64,000 nt of DNA from Octopus vulgaris (GCA_951406725.2 OX597819.1:79856001-79920000), one strand, 5' to 3'. Shown: positions 27,473-41,255, counted from the first letter of the stretch. The notes: generated by a model from the letters alone, not told the origin. Translations and numbers: made by a program.

Positions 27473-27897
27473 GCAGACATATACTCTCACACCTACATAC
27501 GTATGACTGCTTATATTATTATATATATTTATATTATATTACATATTATTTACTACAATATTAAAATGGCAAAATTAAACAGAGTCGCTGTTGAGCTTGT
27601 CACGGTATTTGTGAATCGGTTTTCCGCTGGGGTAAGTTTCACTTTCACTTTGTTTAAGGATTTCTTTCAGGTGTTGTTTTATTTATTTATTTTTTCTATT
27701 TATATTTATATTAATATTTGTGTTGTTTGTTGTTTGTTTGCTGTTAACGTTTAACATTTCTGTTTAACATTGAAAACATTGCGAAGAAATGTGCAGTGAA
27801 ATTTGAATACGAACTAAATTAAGAAAACGACAACAACAACAATAACAACAACAACAAACAACAAACAACACACAGAAACAGTAACAAAAACAACATT

Positions 27898-27930
<33 letters not shown>

Positions 27931-28003
27931 TAATAATAATAATAATAATAACAATAATAATAATTATTATTACAGTAGTAGTGGCAGTCGCAGCAGCAGT
28001 AGC

Positions 28004-28079
<76 letters not shown>

Positions 28080-28366
28080 CGCTTCAGAATACACTTACAG
28101 CAAACAACACATCACAGTTACGAAAAGGGAAGAAATCTTATAAAAATTATATAAAAATAAGTAAATAAATAAAAGATAACATTGACATCTAAACAAAATA
28201 AGTAAAGGAGTGATGATAACGATGATGGTCATAATGATGATGACGACAAGGAAGACGGCGACGATGATGATGGCAATGTTGCTGCTGCCGCTAATGATGA
28301 TGTCGATTTTGATGACGGCAACGACGACGACGATGATAATGATGAACATGAAGATGAAGATGATGA

Positions 28367-28400
<34 letters not shown>

Positions 28401-28451
28401 GGCGATTATGTCGACGACGACGATGACGACGAAGATGAAAATGATGATGGA

Positions 28452-28493
<42 letters not shown>

Positions 28494-28580
28494 AAGGATG
28501 ATGATAACAACGACGACGACGGTGATGACAACGACAGCGATGACAACAACGGTGAGGACGATGATAATAGCGATGTTGGT
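26660..28580. repeat. Compound microsatellite field: (TA)n/(TATGCA)n, (ATCT)n, (CAA)n, (TAG)n, (GAT/GAC)n
   Basis: Directly visible. It explains the poly-YI and poly-M/D ORFs. Confidence 0.9.
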
Positions 28581-29506
28581 ATGACCAGAATCAAACATAA
28601 ACAGAGATAATAAAAGAAATTATACCATTTAACTTATTTTTTTTTTCATTATTAACAAAAATAACAATAATAAATATCATGAAAATAATGTCCAAAGCAT
28701 ACAACAAATCAAAAATTAAAAAATGAAATTGTTTATTTTTTTTATAAAATCATCTTTAGAAGGAGAATTTAAACGTGCAGAATAAATGAAAGATGAAGAG
28801 AAAAGAACAGCAAATATTAAAAACGGCGGGAAAACATCGAAAGTGAAAGTAAAAGCAATAGGTGACGTGTAAAAATTGTTAGATGATCAATTGAATATTA
28901 ATATGTTTAACTAAACTACTCCAACCCCGCGTAGTAAACAAATATGCACACATATGCAGATAAACATACATATACATTCAAAGAACACTTTCACACGCAT
29001 AGACATACACACAAACAAGCAATCATAAGCTCATACGTTCATTTTATTATTATTTATTTTTAATCATCCAACACAACCGCAGATACCAACACAAACACGG
29101 ACATGTCACTATTTCTCAAATATTGTTTATGTTGTTTTTCTTGACTTCATTTACTCTTCCACCCTCTACTCTCTTGTGTCTCTATCTTCCTCGTTCTCTC
29201 TACAGGGGTTGGAGGAGCTGATGTTTGCACAGTGGTATGGTGTTTATGTGCATGTGTGCGAATGTATGTGTGTGCAAGTATGCGTAGGTATATGTGTGTG
29301 CGCGCGTCTCTTTGTATATCTGCGTGCAATGATGCTTATATCAATGGTGCGAATGTTTTGACGCATGCGCTGGCTTTTTGATACTGTCTTTATGCCTCTC
29401 AGTCTTTCTCTTTCTCACTATTTTTATCTCTTTGTCTCTCTTTCATTTTCTCTCTCTTTCTCTTTCTCTCTTTCTCTTCCGTTATTTTACATGCACAGCA
29501 ATAGAA

Positions 29507-29540
<34 letters not shown>

Positions 29541-30845
29541 TGTGACACACCAGCAGGCATACAAGCATGCTCATAGGCATACACATAAACACACGTAAAC
29601 ACATTTACACATACACGCTATTCCTTTCTTTTCTTTCTTTCTTTCTATCTCTCTCTCTCGCCCCGCGCTCTCTCTCTCTTTTCGTCACACATTCAAACAC
29701 ATGCACGCATGCTCGCACAAACATTCTTACAATTTATTATACAGAAAATATTCATTTTACAACTGACCGAAAAGAAAAACAAAATAACAACAGCAATAAT
29801 GATAATGATAATAATAACCTCAACATTTCTAATAGTGCCATTTTCATACACTGTATTAAAAAAATCAGTGCATGCGTCAAAACATTCGCACACTTGATAT
29901 AGGCATCGTTACACGCAGATATACAAAGAAACGCACGCACACACACACACACATACACATACACATACACATAGGCACATACACACAAGTGCCAGGCCAC
30001 CGCTCGCATATCTCCGCCTGATATCTTCCAACCCCTATACACAGACATGAAAAATTTTCAAAATCAAATTTCAACATTTATTCTACAATTTTCTCTGCAG
30101 TCTTTTGCACAAAGGGTTGCATCTGTTATAGAAAGATACATTAAAGAGTTATTTGAATATTATAGTTAGAAATATGCTATACATACACATGCAAATATAT
30201 ATATGTGTGTGTGAGTGAGTGTGTGTATGCGTGTGTGTGAGTGCGTTTGTGTGTACGTGTATATACACACGCAAACACAATTGTATACATGTATTAATGT
30301 ATACATATGTACACATATATATATATATGTATGCATATATACGTATATATATACATATAAATATATATGTATATATATATGTATATATATAGCAACTTAA
30401 GCTATATCTTTTTTCTCTGATGAAATTATGGTCATAGCATATTGATGCAAATTTAATGCACAAATTTGTAATTTAATTACTGGGTATTAATGAAAACGGC
30501 TATAAGAAGTAAAGATTACCAGTTTGTTAATAATAAATAATTATTCACTCTGAACTCTCCATATTCTTTTCTTCATTTAACTGGATATGAAGTATATGCT
30601 TAATATATACTAATTGTTTTAAGGGAATTTCATTCCCCAGTAATACTAAGAATCGAACCAATATTCCCTTGGATGTAATCATCCCTTTATGAGGTTAACA
30701 TTTACTCTAAAGATATATATCTCAAGTCTTATGACTTGAGATGTATGCATTGCTTTGACGTTTGTTGTCCTCTGTAACAATTATATATACATGTATGTTT
30801 GTATGTATGTATGTATGTATGTATGTATGTATGTATGTATGTATG

Positions 30846-30898
<53 letters not shown>

Positions 30899-30911
30899 AT
30901 ATGTATATATG

Positions 30912-30950
<39 letters not shown>

Positions 30951-30954
<4 letters not shown>

Positions 30955-31258
30955 AAAGCAAAAATGGAATAAGAACATAACAGGTGACAACAAAATATCC
31001 GGACAGTTAGGCGATACAAAAAAGGCAGGAAAAAACAAGGATGGTCATTCGCAGGTTTCTATCGTCAGTCGAATTCCACATCGTCGTTGCAGTTTCGGCC
31101 GGTTACACTCGAGACTGCTCCAATTTGGCCGGCCCTAAGAAACTCTAAGCTAAGAGCACTAGATTCATTGGAAGAAAGCAAGCGAATGTATACGAAAACA
31201 AGGACAAAAAAGGGAAAAAATTGTACACAATTACAAATACAAACAACAGGACATTATA
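30951..31258 (-). mobile_element. (TA)n-anchored dispersed repeat, copy A (inverted relative to 31860-32172)
   Basis: Aligns in reverse complement with 31860-32172, and its outer end abuts (TA)n. Confidence 0.8.
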
Positions 31259-31377
31259 ACTTTCATCTGTTATATTCCTGTCGTAAGGCTTCACTTTTGG
31301 TATCCTGTATGTAAGTATATATATATATATATATATATATACATACATACATATATGCACACACACACACACACATA

Positions 31378-31449
<72 letters not shown>

Positions 31450-31859
31450 TGTATGTATATATACACCTATATATGAATTCTGTACAACTCTTTTATTATT
31501 TATTTTAGCCCCCTTCACACTTTCTTCGTTCTTTACAATTTTCTTTTTTTCGCTCTCTATCTCTGACATTTCTTAGCCTTCTCTTCATTCTCAGGACTTT
31601 GCCTCCTTCTTTGCCTCACTCTGTCCTTTTTCTTTCCTTTTCTCTCTTTCTCGTCCTTCCCTAATGCTTCAATCCCTCTGCCCCCTACCTTACTCCTCTC
31701 CTTCCATGTGAACGGTGTTCCATCAAGCCTGATCGTTCTTTCTTGGTTCAATAACCATCAGTGTAGCATCTCTTATATTCCTTACCATGACTTTCATCTC
31801 TTATGATCCACACACACCAGCTTAATTTAATTAGTCCTTAGTCGAAAGATACCTGTTAT

Positions 31860-32172
31860 TAATGTCCTGTTGTTTATATTCGTAATTGTGTACCATTTCT
31901 CCGTTTTTTTTTTCTTTTCGTCCTTGTTTTCGTGTACATTCGCTTGCTATCTTCCAAAGAATCTAATGCTCTTAGCTTAGATTTTCTTGGGGCCGGCCAG
32001 ATTGGAGCAGTCCGAGTGTAACCGGCCGAAACTGCAGGGATTATCTGGAACTCACCTGACGATAGAAAGTTCCGAATGATCCGTCCTTGTTTTTCCTGTC
32101 CTGTTATGTATCGTCTAACTGTCCGGATGTTTTTTTTGTCGACTGTTATGTTCTTGTGTTATGTTCTTTTTA
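31860..32172 (+). mobile_element. (TA)n-anchored dispersed repeat, copy B
   Basis: See copy A. Contains GGCCGG..CCGGCC-GAAAC and a CTGACGA motif. Confidence 0.8.
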
Positions 32173-32220
32173 TATATCTATATATACATATAGCAGCGTA
32201 CGTACACTTTTGATCTTATG

Positions 32221-32268
<48 letters not shown>

Positions 32269-32483
32269 TTATAAGGATTCCATAGAACCTGGGTGTTGAA
32301 AATCGTAGGATGCCATTTGCCTTCTCTTTATATATACATATACACACAGAAAATATGGGAATTTAGTTCACAGGTGATCTAAATGACTAGGTACGCTAGG
32401 TAAGTGCTGCAATGGATTACCAGGGATCCAAGGTTATAGCCGAAACGGTACTTATGGAGCCATTATAGATTTCCGATATAGCG

Positions 32484-32610
32484 GATATATAATTGTTAAA
32501 GAGGACAACAAATGCTAAGCCAAGACAAACATCTCAAGTCATATATGTATATGACTTGAGATGTATGTCTTACCCTATTGTTTGTTTTCCTCTTTAACAA
32601 TTATATATAT
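32484..32610. repeat. Short fold-back (~60-bp arms) of a dispersed repeat also present at 30720-30790
   Basis: Arms ataattgttaaagaggacaac..catctcaagtcata and tatgacttgagatg..cctctttaacaattat. Confidence 0.8.
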
Positions 32611-32638
32611 ATATCCAAAGATATTATATATATATATC

Positions 32639-32700
<62 letters not shown>

Positions 32701-32849
32701 AACACACTCACTCAACGCGTAGACAGTCATCTCAGCAAATGCAGTCATAGACATATGTACAAGCACATAAATTTAAATTTTATGTTATTATACTTCAACA
32801 AACCTACATGAATACATACATTATGATTTATAGTTATGATTCATACACA

Positions 32850-33010
32850 ATGACTAGTATTTTCCAGGTATTCTATTTTATCCAACACGAAAAGACGGCT
32901 TGCAAAGTTAACCTCAGCGGGATTTGATCTTGTAGCAAAACGACCTGGAAGAAATACTGCTGAACAATTTTTACCATGCGCTAAGAAGAATGCCAACTCG
33001 TCGCGTCGGC

Positions 33011-33103
<93 letters not shown>

Positions 33104-33250
33104 TCCTTCCCCGATAAGCACAAGCCTGAAATTTGGGGGAGACAGCACTCCTGTAGTGCATAAACCCTAGTGTGTGACTGGTTCTTGTTCCTTCGATCCC
33201 GAAAGGATGAAAGGCAAAGTCGAGCCCGGAAAAATTTGAACACAGAACGT
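32850..33250 (-). mobile_element. Two degenerate Meta-type SINEs separated by (TAA)n
   Basis: cgatcccgaaaggatgaaaggcaaagtcga..tttgaac at ~33194-33245, and an older copy at 32850-33010. Confidence 0.7.
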
Positions 33251-33315
33251 TTCTTTGAGCAGATAAATAACTGCCAATATATGTGTGTGTGTGAACTTTA
33301 GGTTAGTTAAAATAT

Positions 33316-33569
33316 AGTTCTATATTTAAGAGATGCCGAATTATGTACATTATTTACGTTATTTACAATTGACGGATGTTTGTCCTCATCTTGTTTGTTG
33401 TTAACAATAATAATAACAACATCGAAAAATACCTTAGGAATGAGAACTCAGATTCGAAATTTCCCCAAGACACCTGATGAAGGCTGGATGGTATATCAGC
33501 CGAAACGTTGTGTTACCAACAAACAAGATGACGACAAATATCCATCAATTGTAAATAATGAAAATAATG
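33316..33569. mobile_element. 254-bp fold-back hammerhead element (same family as 6389-6638) with a 12-bp TSD
   Basis: TAGTTAAAATAT at 33304-33315 and TAGTCAAAATAT at 33570-33581. Shares the terminus catctcttaaatatWgaact with the 6.4-kb copy, in the opposite orientation. Confidence 0.85.
33469..33514 (+). ncRNA. Minimal type I hammerhead ribozyme motif
   Basis: GACAC-CTGATGA-A-GGCTG-GATGGTATAT-CAGCC-GAAAC-GTT-GTGTT. Confidence 0.75.
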
Positions 33570-34128
33570 TAGTCAAAATATGTTTATAACTTATTTTAAT
33601 TTCTAAAGGTAAATTCACTGCAGCTACCGGGAAAAAAAAATTTCTCACTTATGGTAAAAAATGTAAAGACCCCATATCTGGCCAGTGTTACTCATTATCA
33701 GATTCCCAGAAGTCCGTTTCTAGATCTTTGATCTTCCTGAGTTGGAAATACTGAAAAGAAATAAACTTGAGCAGATAGAAAACCGTTGCTATTGTTGCAC
33801 TATTCCATCGTCTGATCGGAATGTTTACCATTGAGGAAGGCTAAAGAGTCAAAAACAGCCGTCTGGGAATCCGATATGGGCAGCACTGGGCAGATATGAT
33901 GTTTCACCCCTTAATCATAACAGAGGATATTTTCTTCCCGGTAACTGCAGGGAATTTGCCTTTAGGAGTTAAAATATATCAGAAACATATTTCAATTAGC
34001 CTAAAGTTCGTTTACCTCTAAATTATGTTTGGCACTGATGCTGTTATACACACATACACACATACACACAGACATACACGCACTCTCTTTCCTCCCCCCT
34101 CTCTCTCACACACATACATACGTATGTG

Positions 34129-34193
<65 letters not shown>

Positions 34194-34919
34194 TGTGTAT
34201 GTTAGCGTGTGTTGCAAAATAAAAATAATTCTGAAGGAAGGATATCTCCCTTTTGAACATTAAAAACAGAATTATCCTTCAGTACAAGTCCATTATTTAA
34301 AAGAAATTTAATAACAAAGCATTTCAGTTGAAAATATAGTAATTAGATCAGTTACATTACGAAAGTCTCATAGAAACCAGTTTTAAATCATGGATATAAC
34401 GTTACATTAACCTTGTTTTAATGTTTAACTATTCCTGTATACGATGACATGTAAAACAGTTTCGGCGTTCGACCTGATCATTAACACGAATCCACTACTA
34501 AATAAAGTGTTCCTATAAGCATATACAAATATATTATAGGTTTAATTTTGTTTCTATATTTGATTATTTTTCTACAATTAGATTTTTCAACCAGGATTCT
34601 GTCTCATCATACTTGAACAGACCTTATGTATATTACTGGTATACTCTTTGTTGATCTCTGGAGGTTGGTGGAACAACGTCAATTTAAATTCAGCTTAGGG
34701 AAGAAAACAACGCTTCTAGCTGCCAATTTGCATTCTTTATTTTAACATTGATTTTCAACTTCCGCAAAATTCAAGACAGTTTGGAGTCGGGCATATTGAA
34801 TAAAATCGATGAAGGAACTTGGCTCGTTGATATTTTACGGCTCTGGGAACGATAAATGTCAAAATCTACAATATAATTGATTTGAACTCAGAATATTAGC
34901 AAATTAAATGTTAGAGTCT

Positions 34920-35200
34920 GTCTCGAGTCTATAGGCTCATTAGGCCAGAGCATAGCCCGTTTTCTGAGGCTTCAAGCGACTGAAAATACTTGATCCTCCC
35001 ACTGAATAGACAGTCAGTCCATCGCACGATTAACTATCAGCTGCAGCTGGCATTTGTCTTCAGCTGGCTGAATGGGAGCAGCATGAACTGAATTGCCTTA
35101 TCCAACAACACGACGTGCCGCCCAATGTCACTATCGAATGCACGACATGAACGATCGTGATTCCAGTATCCCTAACTAACAGGTCACGCGCCTTCACTGG
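34920..35200 (-). mobile_element. Degenerate tRNA-derived SINE
   Basis: ctaactaacaggtcacgcgccttc is the reverse complement of the head at 55575 (gaaggcgcatggcttagtgg). Confidence 0.6.
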
Positions 35201-35404
35201 TATAGCTAAATACCTCTAACATATTTATTCTGTGCTCTGCCGATTTTGAAATGTATAGCTCTCGTCATCTCTGAATCCACGAATACTAACAGAAAACCCT
35301 GAAATTTATATAACTGGATTGAAACTCCAATATTTCAAATCATTGTTGCTGAGATTCAATTGAGAAATAAAGAAGATTCGGTGGGTGAATCTCATTTTTC
35401 TATT

Positions 35405-35615
35405 TGATTTCAAATTTTGGCAAAAGGCGAGTAATTTCGGGTAAGGAGTAAGTCGATTAAAACGAGTCCAGTGCTAAACTGGTACTTATTTCATTGACCC
35501 TGAAAGGATGAAAGGCAAAGCTAACCTTGGTGGAATTTGAACTTAGAACGTGATGACGGATGAAATGCGGCTAAACATTTTGCCCGACGTGCTAACAATT
35601 CTGTCAGCACGCAGC
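35405..35615 (-). mobile_element. Meta-type SINE
   Basis: ctggtacttatttcattgaccctgaaaggatgaaaggcaaag..ggaatttgaactt. Confidence 0.85.
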
Positions 35616-35685
<70 letters not shown>

Positions 35686-35771
35686 GTATATATACACATA
35701 TATATATATATATTTATATATTTATATATATATATATATATATATCTATATATCTATACACACATACACAC

Positions 35772-35805
<34 letters not shown>

Positions 35806-36339
35806 ATTTAATAGGTACTGACATTGCCTAATACTGTCAAGAATGTTCATTTGCAGTTATTAGGTTATTAGGTTCCAAACTCAGTTCGACAGTGTGCATC
35901 TTGAGAAAGAGTATCATACTATACTCTCATGGCAACTGAGGAAAATTCGTTGAACAGGAAACATTGGGGAAATGTTTCATATGATTTCTACTTGTAAATC
36001 AAAAGGCCATTCTTACCACATATTGTGTCAAGCTAATTACGCTTGTAGCACACCTGTTTATAGGATACATATTCACTTACAGGCTAATCCAACGATTAGG
36101 TCATGCCTTTGGTCGATATAGGTGCACTCATCGTCGTTTATTTGTCAAAGACTAAATTTCCCCCCAAATTAGATTATTATGTAAATATAAGCGAGTTTTG
36201 GGATTTGTAGATTGGTTACCAGATTTAGAATAGTTATGAACAACATGTTTGTAATATTTAAACTTTTTGCGACTTGAGACCATATGCGGTAATGTCGTCT
36301 TTGCTTTTTATTCTTCCGGAGACGATATATGAGTATCAT

Positions 36340-37765
36340 ACAAACATCAGGGTTGACTTAGTCATTCATTCTTTCAGAGTCGACAAAATAGAATACCAGT
36401 TAAGTACTGAGATCGATGATACCAACCATAACCATCACTTCTTCATAGTCGATGGCTTTTACCTAAATCTAAAAACTGAACTGGCGGGATCGTAGAGCGC
36501 CGGAAAAGATGCTGCAGATGTTGGTTTTGTCTCTTTATTTTCCGAGTTCAAGGTCAACCTAAGTTACCCTTACTTTTCATCCTCTCGGGGTCGATAAAAT
36601 AAAATACAAGTTAATGCAAGCAATACCACCAACGAGCTCTCTTCTCTCAAATTACTGGCCTTGTGTTTAAATCAGAAGCCTTTGTTAATAGCAGAATTGG
36701 AAGAGCACCGAGCAATTTAGAAAGTAATGTTTAGTCTAAATCCTACGGTGATGATTCAGCTTTTCTTTTTTTCTCTTTATAGCATTCATAAAATAAGTAC
36801 AACACAATTTACAGAGATTGGAATAAAGAATAACCCTTTGACGTGTAAATTCATTATTTTGTGGCCAATTCAACAAAATAATTAGAAAGCAAAACTGTTG
36901 GAGCGCTAAGAAAAATGCTATACGGTTTCAAATTTTGGCACAGTGACAGCGGGTTTGTGAGAGGGGGTGCAAATCGATTACATCGACCCCTGTATTCGAC
37001 TGTGTATCGTTCTTATTTCATTGACCCCGAAAGTCAAGCTCGGTGGAATTTAAACCCAGAACGTAAAGACTGGTGATTTGCTGCTAAGAATTTAGCCCGG
37101 CGTGCTAACGATTCTGCCAGCTCATCGCCTTAGAGGACAATGCTACATATTAGTTTTAGTCATTGCAGTAAGAATTTACAGAACTTATAATATTTAGCTA
37201 CGGAATTTTAAGTTCTTAGTTCAAATCTCATCGGAGTTGATTTACATTCTGCCACACCACGGTCTATAAAGTAAGTGTGTCATTCAACGACGTTTAAAAA
37301 TTATTCGTATGTTGAATCGCTTATTGAAATTTCTACAAAAGTTTGATCTTGTGCCTGGGTTATAAAAAACATATGCGTTGCCCTTCAGTGCATAGGACTT
37401 GAAAATTACCTTGTGTTCTTTTTTGCCAGCAATGTGTACTGTTAGTGAGATGAAATAGCTGCAATACTTGGGAATTTGGTAAAACTGATTCGCCGCTTTA
37501 TGATCATTTTTGCCCATGAATTTGCAGCTGGAGCAATATTTGTTCTCAGAGTGCTCAGAACCGAAATATATAACGCCTGGCATCCGACGCTTTAACATTC
37601 GCCAGTTCACCTCTGTGTTTTATCAGTTCACATGTGTTTTATCTATTAATCCCCAATGAATAGACGGCAAAAAGTGATCTAGGCAGGATTTGAACACAGT
37701 GAGATAGAACAATTATCACGGTGTAAGCTATTCTACACGATAACAATTCTGCCAATTCGACGCCG
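36340..37765. mobile_element. Cluster of old Meta-type SINE copies in both orientations (clearest 36480-36680 plus, 36924-37131 minus)
   Basis: Recurring ttcatcctctcggggtcgataaaat and gtgctaacgattctgccagctc motifs. Confidence 0.65.
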
Positions 37766-39863
37766 TATAATTTTACTTTCAAACGAAAGTGGATAATAAA
37801 ATCTTTGTAAATCTTTGAACAGATCATTTTACAGCGTTTAATTACATATTTTTACATTTTGAGTTCAAATGTAACTAGTGTTGCCGTGTTTGCTTATCAT
37901 TCTCTCTCAATTGTTCATGAAAATATAATCATTAATATATTGCTAGTTTTGTTAATTGATCATATTTCTCTGCTGCAAATGTTTGTCTTCTGCCAATACA
38001 AGAACGCATTTTTATGTTACTTTGATTATCAGTTTACAAAGTCTGTTTACCAACCAACAGGGAAGCATCTATGTGGCTGATCGAGTTCATAGACACTGAA
38101 GTCACATATCACATAATATTTCTCTAAAAATGAGAATGAATATTGTATCTCTAGATATACTAAACTTGGATCTGGGTTGACTTGGAGCTAAACAACAAGA
38201 ATAAAAATATCATGGTTTGAAAGCTATCACTGTTGTTTCAATTTTATTTCATCTATTAGTATTTGATAAATTTCGAATGCCTTGCTTCTATAGGGAAGAA
38301 GCTTAATTCTGTTTCGAGTTATAGTACATAATACTAACATTCATAATGATGAAAGCCTTCCGTGAACAAGAAGATTGCCGATCGCTGGTTAACTTTCTGA
38401 ACTTCTTGTATATTCTCGAGATCTAAACGAATTGGATTATTTATGACTTAATCAAACGGGGAAGGGCAGTGTTCATGACATTTAAACGGCTTCAGAGATT
38501 GTTGAAGAGCATGGACATGAGGAAGTCGCTCTCAGAGCAGATATGTAGAAGAAATCCTTGTAACATAGTGGAATCTGCTGAAATCACTCAAAAGCTGGAT
38601 GGTAATTTTGAAGCAGGCAAGGATTTGACTTTTACTGCCCAAGAATAAATTGTATTGCATCCACTGGAGGTCTTCTGCACAGTTTCCTTCTAGCTCCTTT
38701 CACTCACAACACTTGCGTTGACTGACTCGAGTCAATGCTAAGCATTTATTTGCCTAAGAAATGAACTTCAGAATCACGTGATAGTGAAACAAACTACTTA
38801 ATGACTCGATTATGCATGCATTCTTGAGCCACTAAAATATAGATCAGAGGACTTTCAGACGATTTTTTCCTTCTATTTCTATGAAAGAAATGATTAATAT
38901 TATTTTGAAAATTATTTTTAATCATACTACAGGATACTATAGTTCCCCTTCATTGTGACAATGAATATTTTCCTCTGAAGCCAATTCGATGTCCTGTATT
39001 TCTCCAGTCGCCTCGGCTATTGTAGGCCCGATTTTAGAAATAAAATTCCAAGTTAGTCGTTCACATCGGTTGTATTTAGCGCCATCGACACGAAGGAGGA
39101 TAATTAACGATTAAGTTACTATAAACAATCAGTCTTATTTTCCATCGTGTCTTGTAAAACCATGAACATATGTAAGTCGTAAGTTCAATTTTCCTACAAG
39201 AGCTTCTGTTTTGCGGTTTCATCTGAGAATACAATTTAATTGTTGGTTCACGTTACTTATTTGTGGGGAGTGAGTTTCTGTAGAAACTGGGGCGTTCAAC
39301 TGAGATAGACTTGCGTCCCATCCCGTTATCCCTTTATCTTTAATTTGCTAAATTTATAGAAAGTGCTGCACTGAATTTTAAGTGATTGTTGAGGCTTAGG
39401 ACGAAATCATATTTCTTATAAAATGTTATCTCACGACTGTAATTGATTTGAACTCATGAGCTCTGAGGTCTTAATCTGATATTTTATGAATGTAGCCACT
39501 GTTTCTCTGAAGTACATGTGCGTAGGAAGTGTAAAATAGAGCGGGATAGTGAAGAGAGACGGGAATGTTTAAAGACGTTAAAGACGGAGCGAGTGACAGA
39601 AAGATAGACTGGCAGAGGATAAGAGAGATGGGTTACAACAGAATGATAGAGAGACTAACGTAGAAAACACAAATAGAAAAAGAAAGGACAATGAAAAGAG
39701 AGAGAGACACACACACAAAGAGATAGAAAGAGACAGAAAGAAAGAGAGACAGACGGACAGAGATAGACAGATAGACAGACAGAGAACGATAGGGAGAATC
39801 AGGAATTGGAGGTGAAAGAGAGGGAGGCAAGAATATAAGGTTCAATGAAAGAGAATTATAAAA

Positions 39864-40079
39864 CGATGAGCTGGCAAAATCGTTAGCACGACTGGCAAAA
39901 TGCTTAGCGGCATTTCGTCTGACCTTACGTTCTGAGTTCAAATTTCACCGAGGTTGACTTTGCCTTTCATCCTTTACGGAGGTCTATAAAATAAGTACCA
40001 GTTGATATTTTGGGGTTGATGCAACCAATTTACCCACTCTTCTTAAATTGCTGGTTTTGTGCCAAAATTTGAAATCAAT
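39864..40079 (+). mobile_element. Near full-length Meta-type SINE
   Basis: gagctggcaaaatcg (box A), gagttcaaattt (box B) and gcctttcatcctttacggaggtctataaaataagtaccag. Confidence 0.9.
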
Positions 40080-40559
40080 AAAAGAGAATTCTGTATAGAG
40101 GAAATGAAGGAAGCTTCATCAGAAGATGAAGTAAAAAAAAAAAAAGACGAGAAAGATATAAAGAAGTAAGAAACGATAAAAGGAGAGGACAATGTGAAAG
40201 TGAGAAAGGAGTTAGTAAATTGAAGATGGAGAGAGTGCGAAATATAAAGAGGAAAATCGAAAGAATGAAAGAAATAAAGAAAATGGTGGAAGAGAAAAAG
40301 AAAGTGTAGAGCTGCATGAGAGATGATCGGGACAAGCGTATGTGCATGTATTTGTGAGAGTGTGAGTGAGACAGAGAAAGTATATGTGTAGATATATAAA
40401 AGAGAAATAGGATGAGAGAGCGAGAGGGAGAGAGAGGGGGGAGTGTGTATGTGTGTGGTGTGGTGAGGTGAATGTGCACTTAAGTCTGAGTACGAGGTCA
40501 ACCTCAACGTATGAGACATAACTAGAAGATGAGAAAGATATAGTTGGCTTGAGATGGAG

Positions 40560-40560
40560 A

Positions 40561-40625
<65 letters not shown>

Positions 40626-40626
40626 C

Positions 40627-40658
<32 letters not shown>

Positions 40659-40659
40659 C

Positions 40660-40716
<57 letters not shown>

Positions 40717-40722
40717 AATCTA

Positions 40723-40758
<36 letters not shown>

Positions 40759-40802
40759 TCTAGCTGGCTATATGTATAATTTATGTGTGCGTATATACAT
40801 AC

Positions 40803-40857
<55 letters not shown>

Positions 40858-41071
40858 GGTTGTGTATATACACACATACACATGCAAATGTAAACACATA
40901 AACATATTAATATTAGTGTGCATGTTCGTGTATATATTCATCAATACCGAAACGCATAAGATAGTTAAGATAGAGAGTACTATAGATGGGTAGATAAATA
41001 TGTACCAAGATTATGGACACGCAAGCACACATGCCTATATACGTGTGGTTTGTGTATACACGCACGTGTTG

Positions 41072-41117
<46 letters not shown>

Positions 41118-41255
41118 TATTAACAGCGGTGAAGCTCGAGATGGCAAAAGATAAATTGGTTAATAGATAGATCGTTAGAGAGAGATATATAGGAATGGAA
41201 ACGTATGGTGAATTAAATTACATAGGTAAATAGAAGGTTATATACCTCTCCCCCA

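Larger units (their letters stand above)
33293..34009. mobile_element. Old fold-back element (~190-bp arms) with decayed hammerhead cores, interrupted by a younger insertion
   Basis: The left arm (33293-33315 plus 33582-33755) is the diverged reverse complement of 33820-34009. Confidence 0.75.

Noticed and set aside
28095-28598. Hydrophobic poly-I/V ORF resembling a membrane protein, and the poly-M ORF
   Set aside because: Degenerate (GAT/GAC)n trinucleotide repeat.
38470-38650. 57-aa plus-strand ORF MTFKRLQRLLKSMD..TAQE in unique sequence
   Set aside because: No recognisable motif or convincing splice sites; the length is within chance.
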